In this document: positions 1 to 10,841 of the stretch, piece after piece
How positions within the stretch are numbered: the stretch's first letter is position 1
Layout of the letters: each line of letters starts with the position of its first letter
Assembly: GCF_001194135.2 (NCBI RefSeq)
Contig: NC_068988.1
Span: 20,665,475-20,729,474, forward strand
Length of the DNA stretch: 64,000 nucleotides
Source of the DNA: Octopus bimaculoides
Lineage: Eukaryota
Reading direction: 5' to 3'
Notes under the pieces: model-generated
Told to the model about the DNA's origin: nothing
The model's input: only the letters and a program-made list of their open reading frames with translations
The model's database searches: none
Made by a program: the position numbers and the translations under genes

Positions 1-607
1 AATTCCACTGAGGCTGACTTTGCCTTTCATACCTTTTAGGGTCGATAAATTAAGTACCAATGTAACACTGGGGTCAATGTAATCAACTATTCCCTTCCCC
101 TAAAATTTCAGGCCCTGTGCCTATAGTAGAAAGGATTATCATTATTATTATTATGGACGACAGTGAGCTGGCAGAATTGTTAGCATGCTGGGCAAAATGC
201 TTAGTGATATTTTGCCCGTTGCTATGTTCTGAGTTCAAATTCCACCAAGGCCGACTTTGCCCTTCATCCTTTCATGATCGATAAATTAAGTACCAGTGGA
301 GTACTGGGTCAATGTAATTGACTTAACCCCTCCCCTCAAATTTCAGGCCTTATGCCTATAATAGAAAGGCCTATTATTATTATTGTTATTATCATTATTA
401 TTATTAAGATGGCGAGCTGGCAGAATCGTTTAGCACGCTGGGCAAAATGCTGTTAAGCATTTCGCCCATTGCTATGTTCTGAGTTCAAATTCCACCAAGG
501 TTGACTTTGCCTTTCATCCTTTTGGAGTCGGTAAAAATAAGTCTCAGTTGAAAACTGGGGTCGATTTAATCGACTCATCTCCTTCCCTTGTGGCAAAATT
601 TGAAACC
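1..607 (+). mobile_element. Three head-to-tail copies of SINE family D separated by (ATT)n
   Basis: Units at about 1-134, 161-369 and 407-607. Each has a GAGCTGGCAGAAT...TTCTGAGTTCAAATTCC tRNA-like head (cut off by the window edge in the first copy), a GACTTTGCC.TTCATCCTTT...GATAAATTAAGTACC core and an (ATT)n tail. Confidence 0.8.
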
Positions 608-623
608 ATTACTATTATTGTTG

Positions 624-676
<53 letters not shown>

Positions 677-1151
677 GCAGTTGTTGCTGTTATTAGTGTG
701 CGTGTGTGAGTGTGTGTCCCACATGGAGAAAGTGGACAAAAAAACAAATGATAATGATGGTAGTGGTGATGACAATGACAGTGGTGACGAGAAGATTATG
801 CTGAAAACACAACCGTGATGGTGATGACAGAGATGGAAAGATGGTGGTGGTGGTGAAATCATATTTAGTGTAAAGCCATGTATCACTATATATCATAACA
901 CAAACTATTTTGGTAGGCAATTTTATTGTATGGTTTCTAAATAAAATTTATTGCATTCTGGTTGATGACTAATCTGAGACATTGCCACAGCATAATGTAA
1001 GCCATCATATTGCATTTAATTTCAATCAAATCACACTGATTCTTATAGCAATCCTAGTTGAATCACTAGAAGTAATTCGACCTTATAGAGAGGATGTTTG
1101 ATAACACAAAGGAGTACGTGCAGATCTAGTCACTTATTTCAAGTTTTATTA

Positions 1152-1202
<51 letters not shown>

Positions 1203-1203
1203 T

Positions 1204-3228
1204 TCATTTATTTGTCACAAAGATGAGGGGGACAATACAAAGACAGACATAAAATGTAGGGGCTTACATATAATGAAATGATAAAAAAAAAGGAAAGAAA
1301 GAAATTAAGTATACACGGTNNNNNNNNNNNNNNNNNNNNNNNNNNNNNNNNNNNNNNNNNNNNNNNNNNNNNNNNNNNNNNNNNNNNNNNNNNNNNNNNN
1401 NNNNNNNNNNNNNNNNNNNNNNNNNNNNNNNNNNNNNNNNNNNNNNNNNNNNNNNNNNNNNNNNNNNNNNNNNNNNNNNNNNNNNNNNNNNNNNNNNNNN
1501 NNNNNNNNNNNNNNNNNNNNNNNNNNNNNNNNNNNNNNNNNNNNNNNNNNNNNNNNNNNNNNNNNNNNNNNNNNNNNNNNNNNNNNNNNNNNNNNNNNNN
1601 NNNNNNNNNNNNNNNNNNNNNNNNNNNNNNNNNNNNNNNNNNNNNNNNNNNNNNNNNNNNNNNNNNNNNNNNNNNNNNNNNNNNNNNNNNNNNNNNNNNN
1701 NNNNNNNNNNNNNNNNNNNNNNNNNNNNNNNNNNNNNNNNNNNNNNNNNNNNNNNNNNNNNNNNNNNNNNNNNNNNNNNNNNNNNNNNNNNNNNNNNNNN
1801 NNNNNNNNNNNNNNNNNNNNNNNNNNNNNNNNNNNNNNNNNNNNNNNNNNNNNNNNNNNNNNNNNNNNNNNNNNNNNNNNNNNNNNNNNNNNNNNNNNNN
1901 NNNNNNNNNNNNNNNNNNNNNNNNNNNNNNNNNNNNNNNNNNNNNNNNNNNNNNNNNNNNNNNNNNNNNNNNNNNNNNNNNNNNNNNNNNNNNAATGAGA
2001 GCTCTACAAAAGAGGAATGTATCTGTCCTCATGCCTTTCAGCTTTGTCCACCAAACAACTTCTTTCACCACAGCCACCAGGCAAAGGAAAACTGCCTTGC
2101 TTGCCTGATTGAAGGAGGGTGGCAGTGCGATCATCACTACAGACTCAGTCAACAGACAGATCAGTCCCACACGTGACAGCAGCTGTTCGACATAACCCCA
2201 CAAGTCAGCAATGCCCAGACACTGAGTGAGGGCATGCAGAACAGTTTCATCACTCTGTATGCAACTCGGACAAGCCCATCTAACAACACATCTGTGCCTG
2301 TAGAATTTAATTCAAACCAGTAGCACTGCCAGGTTAAGGACATCTGGAAATTATCCATGATCGTTCCCAACCAGAAAGCCCTCCAGAACAGACTAGCCAG
2401 TTCTTTCTCATCAGCACCCAGAGTCTCACTGAGATTGTTGTCACACCTCCCTGCCACTAATCCTCTATAAACTTCTAAAGCAGAACATCCACCGATCCCA
2501 TTGCCTGACTGGTGGAGGGCTGTGATCTCCTGACGACATTCTAGGTGCCAGGTACCCAGTTTCAGTCATTTCTTCACCCAGGACTGCAGCTCCGTCAAGG
2601 AGACAAGCTGTGGAAAGGCGAGCCTCACAAATGGAGCCCACACACGCTCACCATCCAGAAGTTGTGGCAGTTGGCGTAACCTAAGAGCAAGTCTGTCCAT
2701 TAGGCGCCATGGCATACCTAATCTACCACTCAGATGATGCTGGCAACAGACTGACTACCTGACCATTGGAACGCATCCCTTCCATTAGAATTTAAATGAG
2801 AGATGCTCCAGCCTGGTCAAGCAGTAACTAGGACAAGGCACGACAGTAAGGCAATAAATGATAATGGAGACGACATAAGCATTTGCTACCTCTGCCCGAC
2901 CCTTCAGGGACAGCTTCCTCTCAGCCGATTTCCGGGTAAGACTGGCCACCCTGTTCACCACCTCATCTCAGTTCTTATCAACCTGGATGTCGGGACCAAA
3001 CCAGACCCCAAGCAGTTTAACTGGTCTGTTGGTCCAGCGTCCGACGATGCCATCTGATGGCATCGTCCTGCGTATCCAAGAGACCAACCACAAACCCACT
3101 GATTTTTCAGCATTGATTTTAGCCCCTGCAACCGACTCATATTCCTTTAGGATGGTGTCGACTGTCTCCACTTTAGAGGTGTCTGACACCACGATGGTGA
3201 CATCGTCTGCAATAAACGAACAAACAGA
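1204..3228 (-). mobile_element. 5'-truncated, degenerate L1/Tx1-type LINE (RT C-terminal half, CCHC knuckle, 3' UTR)
   Basis: Minus-strand reading with stops and frameshifts: FIADDVTIVVSD (YADD-like, 3213-3202), GAKINAEKS, VKLLGVWFG, LSLKGRAEVANAY, and CPSCIQSDETVLHALTQC (CX2CX8HX4C, about 2270-2220). AATAAA at 1212-1207 is followed by (ATT)n. An N gap at 1320-1993 lies inside. Confidence 0.85.
1320..1993. other. Assembly gap (one of 18 N-runs; other large ones at 6253-6841, 15444-16120, 34110-34975, 38020-38647 and 39414-40389)
   Basis: Runs of N. The poly-X ORFs in the track are artefacts of these gaps. Confidence 0.99.
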
Positions 3229-3360
3229 ATGATTTCAAATTTAATTATAGTTCTAATTTCAGTGACAGAATTAGCCAGCCTTATTAGTGTACATATATGT
3301 GTATATATTATAGGTGTATGTATGTCATTAAGAATACTGCTCACGCAGAGTATATGGTAC

Positions 3361-3745
3361 TATCATCATCATCATCTTCTCCTTAGGTCAGATGAAATTT
3401 GTTGAGGTAGATTTTCTATGGCCAGATGCACTTCCTGTTGCTAACTCTAAACCTTTTTCCAAGTAAGGTAATATTTTTCTCCATGGCCAGACATGTTTCA
3501 TGGAAGGTTGGGAACAAAGTACACCACTCATTTACGACTATCACATGCTATCAAGGCAAGGAGACTGTGTAATATACACACACACACACACATATGACAA
3601 GCTTCTTTCAGTTTCCACCAACCAAATCTACTCACAAGGCTTTGGTTGACTTGGGGTTATAATAGACACTTGCCCAAGGTACCATGCAGTGGGACTGAAC
3701 TCAAAACCATGTGGTTGGGAAGCAAGCTTGTTACCACACAACCAC
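3361..3745 (-). mobile_element. SINE family F
   Basis: Reverse-complement homology to 32105-32490 and 46075-46460. Confidence 0.6.
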
Positions 3746-4370
3746 ACTTGTAATATGTATTCTTTTACCAGTTTCAGTCAATGGAGTGTAGCTACGCTGT
3801 GACACCATCACCAAGTGTTTTAGTTAATAATATTGGCCCCAGTGCCAAGTCTGGAACTTAGTCTGGAACCTTCTATTATTCCATGTAATACCATTTTATC
3901 AGTATTATGCAGTTGTTTAGTCAATATGAAGAATTACCGCTATTTACCAGTGCATTAAGACTTCATTCAGCAATTCAATGGAATATTCTAATGATTGTAG
4001 GGTAATTTCTACAGAAACCAGACATCCCCCACCACTTTTTAAAAAAATTTTTCTTTCCTTTTTCTTTTCTTTTTCTGCAAGCACAAATTTTACAATACGG
4101 TGGACAGTTATCTTCATTTTGTAAGTCAGCATTTCAAGAAACAGTCTGGAAATACTTCAAATGACCTAGATGGTCTACAGAAGAGAATTACTGGTGTGTA
4201 AAGGTCAGAGTAGTTAGTTTGGTAGTGATGGCAGTACAGCAGCAGGATCCAAATTCATAACACAGAAAAGAAATTAAAGGTCATTATTATTCTTTTAGTA
4301 CTTGGAAATCTTCAACATTGCAAATTTTACTGAATCTATTTGTGCCGAGATATGACAGGACAAATAGATA

Positions 4371-4811
4371 CTCTTTTACTCTTTTATTTGCTTAAGTCAT
4401 TTGACTGTGGCCATGCTGGAGCACTACCTTTAGTCAAGCAAATTGACCCCGGGACTTATTCTTTTGTAAGCCTAGTACTTATTCTATTGGTATCTTTTTG
4501 CCGAACTGCTAAGTTACGGGGNNNNNNNNNNNNNNNNNNNNNNNNNNNNNNNNNNNNNNNNNNNNNNNNNNNNNNNNNNNNNNNNNNNNNNNNNNNNNNN
4601 NNNNNNNNNNNNNNNGGACAAACATAGACACACACATACATATATATACATATATACAACGGGCTTCTTTCAGTTTCCATCTACCAAATCCACTCACAAG
4701 GCTTTGATCGGCCCGAGGCTATAGTAGAAGACACTTTCCCAAGGTGCCACGCAGTGGGTCTGAACCTGGAACCATGTGGTTGGTAAGCAAGCTACTTACC
4801 ACACAGCCACT
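4371..4811 (-). mobile_element. SINE family A copy
   Basis: tRNA-like head (TGGCTGTGTGG A-box-like, GGTTCAGNCC B-box-like), central (TA)n(TG)n, 3' GAGTAAAAGAG tail; alignable to the other family A copies. Confidence 0.8.
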
Positions 4812-4881
4812 CAAAGAACAGACCAAAACAGTAGACCTGTTCTTTTCTTTATGGTAAGCTTACTTATTCCACTTTGTGAAC

Positions 4882-5109
4882 TCAACCTTTTAGTATTTAA
4901 TCTAGCCATATCTGGCCTAAATGTTCTACCCATTTTATGTCCAAACTGGTTAGATCAGGCCTCTCACACCTACCCTACTATGTCATTCTAAAACTAAACA
5001 AACACATCATCGAAATGTCAAAGCTACAAAATAATGCATAAGTAATTTAAATCAATGTGAATAAATAAGCATTACATTTGGAAGAGTAATGTGAATGTTG
5101 AAGGGTTGA
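4882..5109. mobile_element. piggyBac-like MITE, diverged copy
   Basis: TCAACCTTTTAG...GAAGGGTTGA termini; interior aligns with 17712-17940. Confidence 0.55.
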
Positions 5110-5498
5110 TCAGTATATTACATGCTTTAATATACTAAAACCATTTCCTCCTGAATATGCAGTGCTGAAAATGATAACATGTTTGTGCATCTTATATTGC
5201 CATCAAATACAGTAGCTATTTGCTTAACCCCTTGCAGACAGATTTAGTACCGACAGTCTGTGCTGTGTACTGGTATTAGGCCATTCAGTAACTACATAAT
5301 TTTTCATACAAGTAATTTTACAGTGTATTTACAAATTCTTCTCATTGTGGTATATTTGAAAAAACAGTGCTGTACAGAGCGAAACATCACACTGCTCCCG
5401 CACAGTGTTTCAATGCAGTCTGTACCACTTCCTGTCTGCAAGAGGTTGGTTAATTAGAGACACTACAATATGTAAGAATCCTCTGTATTTTAACTTAC

Positions 5499-5676
5499 CG
5501 ATGGATATAGTTTTTGGCTTCTAGATATGCCATTCCTGACGAAATTTGTGTCGCCATATACATAAGAACTGTTGGTCCAATATCTTCCCTGTTACTACCT
5601 CGTAGATAGTCTAGTAAGTTGCCATGGGTCATAAATTCAGTAATGATATAAAACGGTGGTTCCCTCGTACACACAC
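5499..5676 (-). CDS. Abl: Abl kinase exon: gatekeeper/hinge to catalytic-loop HR (178 nt, phase 1 to 2)
   Basis: Translates (G)[59 protein letters not shown]. Acceptor TTTTTTAACAACAG, donor GTAAGT. The next exon (DLAARN...) is not visible in 1-5498. Confidence 0.97.
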
Positions 5677-5987
5677 CTGTTGTTAAAAAAGAGATCACAA
5701 ATAATTGGGAGCCATTAGAAATACAGAAACAATTTGAAGGTGCAGGCATTAACAATATCAAAAAACAAAGGCAGTAAAGATAAGAGAACATAAAGGATTT
5801 CCTTAAACAATTGTTTGTCATAACAAATGTAAAACATGTAAAAGATAAAAGATCTTATATTAATGGGTTACGAAAACAGGCCATAGAGAACAACCTCTGA
5901 TTTTGATCAAATGATGTAATGATATTGAAAGACATGGAAATGTCTGTGAAAAGGTAGAAGACAAAGATTCACTCTTGTAGCTTGAAG

Positions 5988-6252
5988 GTTGTTGGCACTC
6001 CGTTGCTTACGACGTCGAGGGTTCCAGTTGATCTGATCAACGGAACAGCCTGTTCATGAAATTAACGTGCAAGTGGCTGAGCACTCCACAGACACATGTA
6101 CCCTTAACGTAGTTCTTGGGGGATATTCAGCGTAACACAGTGTGACAAGGCTGACCCTTTGAATTACAGGTACAACAGAAACAGGAAGTAAGAGTGAGAG
6201 AAAGTTGTGGTGAAAGAGTACAGCAGGGTTCGCCACCATCCCCTGCCGGAGC
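5988..6252 (-). mobile_element. SINE family B, 3' part
   Basis: Aligns to the 3' two-thirds of 9076-9462; the head is lost in an N gap. Confidence 0.8.
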
Positions 6253-6841
6253 NNNNNNNNNNNNNNNNNNNNNNNNNNNNNNNNNNNNNNNNNNNNNNNN
6301 NNNNNNNNNNNNNNNNNNNNNNNNNNNNNNNNNNNNNNNNNNNNNNNNNNNNNNNNNNNNNNNNNNNNNNNNNNNNNNNNNNNNNNNNNNNNNNNNNNNN
6401 NNNNNNNNNNNNNNNNNNNNNNNNNNNNNNNNNNNNNNNNNNNNNNNNNNNNNNNNNNNNNNNNNNNNNNNNNNNNNNNNNNNNNNNNNNNNNNNNNNNN
6501 NNNNNNNNNNNNNNNNNNNNNNNNNNNNNNNNNNNNNNNNNNNNNNNNNNNNNNNNNNNNNNNNNNNNNNNNNNNNNNNNNNNNNNNNNNNNNNNNNNNN
6601 NNNNNNNNNNNNNNNNNNNNNNNNNNNNNNNNNNNNNNNNNNNNNNNNNNNNNNNNNNNNNNNNNNNNNNNNNNNNNNNNNNNNNNNNNNNNNNNNNNNN
6701 NNNNNNNNNNNNNNNNNNNNNNNNNNNNNNNNNNNNNNNNNNNNNNNNNNNNNNNNNNNNNNNNNNNNNNNNNNNNNNNNNNNNNNNNNNNNNNNNNNNN
6801 NNNNNNNNNNNNNNNNNNNNNNNNNNNNNNNNNNNNNNNNN

Positions 6842-6995
6842 CACTGCACACATCCTACGCAAAACACTTTCAATACAGTAACCATAAGAGCACCACAGCA
6901 AACCACAGCACATACCCAAGACACACAGAGCTGCGCTCGGTAGTAAAGTGAAAGCACATTATAAAAATAAAACTACTGAATAATAATAATAATAA
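6842..6995 (+). mobile_element. 3' end of the same R4/Dong-type family as 47290-48675
   Basis: TAHILRKTLSIQ* followed by the same 3' UTR (AAACCACAGCACATACCCAAG.CACACAGAGCTGCG) and a (TAA)n tail. The 5' part is hidden by the N gap at 6253-6841. Confidence 0.8.
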
Positions 6996-7553
6996 TTGAA
7001 TCTTGGATGCAACACAAATAAAGCAAAACCAAAACATAATGATAATAATGGTCCCTAATTTAGGCACAAGTTCCAACAGTTTTTGGGGCAGGAGGCCAGT
7101 TGATACCATTGACCCTAGTATACACACACACACATAACATAGAAATCCAAGCGGTAGACAAGAATATCTTAGCAAGGTCTGCTGACATGCAGGTTTTGTC
7201 ATATTTGCAGTAGGATGGTACTTGTTCTTGTTATTTAACACCAGGCTCACTCTAAGCAAACAGACCTATCAACTTTCTGTCTATTAGGGATTACATTACA
7301 CACGTCATATCCTTCTTTATTTAAGATGTTAGTTAGGGTGAGATCTGAAGGGTATCGAGATTGCTATTTCTAGCAAGTTCAGCAACTGCATAGAGACCCT
7401 CTCTCTCTCGTTAGTTTGGTACCTATTAATTAACAATGCAGCTCATCAACGAAGCAGCCCACTTCCATCCCAGCATGCAGGTGAATAACTATGATAGCAC
7501 TGCAGACAAAGATGACACGGAGTTGTGAGATTAGCAATCAAAGAACGAAAAAA

Positions 7554-7592
<39 letters not shown>

Positions 7593-7793
7593 TAATAATA
7601 AAAACTCTCTGGAAAAGATTTCTAAGTAAGAACAAACTACTTGTCAAGAAAAACAGCTGTGGAGATGGGAGAGATGAAAAGAGACGAAAGGGAAGGGCAG
7701 TAGGAGAACAGTACCCCCTAACTTTCTATACAAACATAGCCAGTGTCGTCGTCGTCGTCATCGTCATCGTCGTCGTCGTCGTCATCGTCATCG

Positions 7794-7829
<36 letters not shown>

Positions 7830-8098
7830 CCCGTCATTATATCACTCCTTAAGGTTCCAATGAAATTAATCTAGGAGGAACCTATTACAGNNNNNNNNNN
7901 NNNNNNNNNNNNNNNNNNNNNNNNNNNNNNNNNNNNNNNNNNNNNNNNNNNNNNNNNNNNNNNNNNNNNNNNNNNNNNNNNNNNNNNNNNNNNNNNNNNN
8001 NNNNNNNNNNNNNNNNNNNNNNNNNNNNNNNNNNNNNNNNNNNNNNNNNNNNNNNNNNNNNNNNNNNNNNNNNNNNNNNNNNNNNNNNNNNNNNNNNN

Positions 8099-8132
<34 letters not shown>

Positions 8133-8412
8133 ATCACTCCTTAAGGTTCCAATGAAATTAATCTAGGAGGAACCTATTACAGACGCTAACTTCCTGCATA
8201 TGGTTTTAAAAGACAAGACAGAAATATAGAGATATTGAAGGAAAAACAAAAACCTAGCAGCGCAAAGAGGACGAGATTCACTTGAATAATCCCTTATGCA
8301 ATGACAGAACAATATACAACTAGTACTGCAAAGAAATCATCACCATCATCATCATCATCATTTAACATCCGTTTTCCATGCTAGCATGGGTTGGACCATA
8401 GTAGTTGAAGCA

Positions 8413-8630
8413 CTAGTCCTGTGGTAACGATGCGCTTGGCACAATGTCGAAACTGCTACCTAAGAGACTGAAGGATGTTGGGATTGAGACTTGCATCGTC
8501 AGCTTACAGAAAAGAGCAATCCTGTATCCTGCAAGAATCCTAAGAAAGACCCTTGAGATTTGAGGAGACATGTCATCACCAAGACTCAAGACTGCTAATA
8601 ATAATAGCATGTAATAGTTGTTGCTGTTGC

Positions 8631-8670
<40 letters not shown>
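8413..8670 (+). mobile_element. 3' remnant of a second R4/Dong-like subfamily with (TAA)n tail
   Basis: Plus frame ALGTMSKLLPKRLKDVGIETCIVSLQKRAILYPARILRKTLEI* resembles the R4-type C-terminus (GALG...LQK..LLG.ARILR..L). A 3' UTR of about 45 nt precedes long (AAT)n. Confidence 0.65.
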
Positions 8671-8677
<7 letters not shown>

Positions 8678-8759
8678 CAACAATAATAATAATAACAACA
8701 ATATATTATTATTATTACTATTATTATTATCATTATTATTATTGGTGGTGGTGGTGGTG

Positions 8760-8795
<36 letters not shown>

Positions 8796-8805
8796 GTATC
8801 ATTAT
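8600..8805. repeat. Compound trinucleotide microsatellite (AAT)n(AAC)n(ATT)n(GGT)n(AGT)n
   Basis: Directly visible. Similar compound tracts occur at 608-860, 7740-7830, 36180-36225, 36410-36475, 47190-47250 and 63160-63330. Confidence 0.9.
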
Positions 8806-9075
8806 TGAGTGAGAGAGCAGAGCACATGCCATCAAAGTGACAGAGGGGTACAAATATACGAAGACCAATATATCTATCCTAACTACCCGACCGATAAGGG
8901 TACACCAAGCACGTGCATCACAACCAGAATATTTGCTGTAACCCAATTTTCACACCAAGACGAAATATGTACATGTTAAACACTTCCTATCAGTTAAGAG
9001 CAGAAGCCACGAGAGCCACTGCCTGGTACTGCATCGGGGCATTTAGTTATTATATTATAATTATTATATGAAATG

Positions 9076-9462
9076 TGGAGGCGCAATGGCCCAGTGGTTA
9101 GGGCAGCGGACTCGCGGTCATAGGATCACGGTTTCGATTCCCAGACCGGGCGTTGTGAGTGTTTATTGAACGAAAACACCTAAAGCTCCACGAGGCTCCG
9201 GCAGGGGATGGTGGCGAGCCCTACTGTACTCTTTCACCACAACTTTCTCTCACTCTTATTTCCTGTTTCTGTTGTGCCTGTAATTCAAAGGGTCAGCCTT
9301 GTCACATTGTGTCACGCTGAATATCCCTGAGAACTACGTTATGGGTACACATGTCTGTGGAGTGCTCAGCCACTTGCATGTTAATTTCACGAGCAGGTTG
9401 TTCCGTTGATAGGATCAACTGGAACCCTCGACGTCGTAAGCGACGGAGTGCCAACAACAACA
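9076..9462 (+). mobile_element. SINE family B, full length, with TSD
   Basis: tRNA-like head GGAGGCGCAATGGCCCAGTGGTTAGGGCAGCGGACTCG...GGTTTCGATTCC, (AAC)n tail, TSD ATTATATGAAATG (9063-9075 and 9463-9475). Confidence 0.9.
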
Positions 9463-9483
9463 ATTATATGAAATGAATCCAAT

Positions 9484-9872
9484 GTCAACTTTGCCTTTGA
9501 TCCTTTCGGGGACCGATAAATTAAGTACCGATGAAACACTGGGGTTGCGGTAATTGACTAGACCCCTCCCCCAAAATTTCAGGCCTTGTGCCTTTAGTAG
9601 AAGGGATTATTATAATTATCATTATTACTAAGGCAGCAGGTTGGAAGAGTCATTAGCACACCAAGCGAAATGCTTAGCAGTATTTCACCAGTCTCGGTGG
9701 TATTTTGTCTCTCTTTACATTCTGAGTTCAAATACCTCTGAGATCAACTTCATTTTTCAGCCTTACAGGGTCAATAAAATATTCAGTACAATATTAACCC
9801 AGGGCGTCAATATAATTCAACTTGCTGCACTCCTAAAATTGCTGGCCTTATGCCAAAATTTGTAGCAATTAT
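9484..9872 (+). mobile_element. Two tandem family D copies (9484-9606 partial; 9629-9872)
   Basis: Same core and tails as 1-607, separated by (ATT)n; directly downstream of the family B copy. Confidence 0.7.
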
Positions 9873-10586
9873 TATCAGTATTATTATTTCCATCTACTAA
9901 ATGCGCTTGCAAGGCTTTGAACAGCTCAGGGATACAGAAGACACTTGCCTAACGTGCCACATAATGGGACTGAACCCAGAACCAGGTGGTTGAGAAACAA
10001 GCTTCTTACCACACAGCCATGCCTGATGATAATTTTAAATGTAATTCTTTTACTGATTTCATTGTTGTTTTTTCTTTGACCCAAAGCCAGAAAATAAAAT
10101 GATTTTCAGTAAACAACACTGAACATGTACATCAATAACACTTATGTACAATTTCCACAATATTGACTTCACAATTCAGGACACACATTGGTGAAGTTCA
10201 AAGGTCACTTTCAGGATATGTGAACTTTCCCAATGTATTTATATAGCAATTATAATAAATCTAACTAATTTTTTTTTTATATATTTCCATGCATCGTAAT
10301 ACTGAAGAAAAGTCAGGACATATTACAAGATATTTTTTCCAGACATAACCTGTAGCTCAGTCTGCATATAATACACAAGTGGGTATTATACAGAAGTAGA
10401 TACGGTAATTGCATTCTCTTATGTTCAAATGCTGTCTGTAAGTTTAAAAAAGAAATAAGTACCAGAGATTGTACTGGGTCATTTATGACATCAAAAATTT
10501 GAGTACAGTACTAATTTAAGAAAGTTCATCATCATCATGATTATTATTGTTGTTGTTGCTGTTGTTAAGGCTGTTGCTGTTGTCTG

Positions 10587-10801
10587 AGCTGGCAGAAACA
10601 TTAGCACACCAGGCAAAATGCTTAGCAGTATTTTGTCTGTCTGTACGTTCTGAGTTCAAATTTCACCGAGGTCGACTTTGCTTTTCATCCTTTCAGGGTT
10701 GATAAATTAAGTACCAGTTGCATATTGGGGTCGATCTAATCTACTGGCCCCCTCCCCCAAAAGTTTGGGCCTTGTGCCTACAGCAGAAAAGATTATTATT
10801 A

Positions 10802-10840
<39 letters not shown>
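10587..10840 (+). mobile_element. SINE family D with (ATT)n tail
   Basis: Full head-core-tail match to 161-369. Confidence 0.8.

Positions 10841-10841
<1 letters not shown>

Noticed and set aside
544-920. ORFs rich in poly-I, L, N, T, H or Y (also 8413-8946, 31447-31893, 36397-36741 and 63112-63331)
   Set aside because: Translations of trinucleotide microsatellites that lack stops in some frames; no splice or domain evidence.
7839-8182. 52-bp repeat (7839-7890 and 8131-8182) with different (CAT)n flanks
   Set aside because: Flanks an N gap; likely allelic or overlap artefact. It is not CRISPR-like, having only two units and no spacers.
8985-9045. Faint resemblance to U2 snRNA segments (CCTATCAGTTAA, CCTGGTACTGCA)
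   Set aside because: Short and gapped, and lacks the branch-point-pairing GTGTAGTA and the Sm site; not supportable.
9076-9150. tRNA-like sequences at the heads of families A, B, D and G
   Set aside because: They have A/B-box-like motifs but no complete cloverleaf and continue into SINE bodies, with TSDs in family B; not called as tRNA genes.
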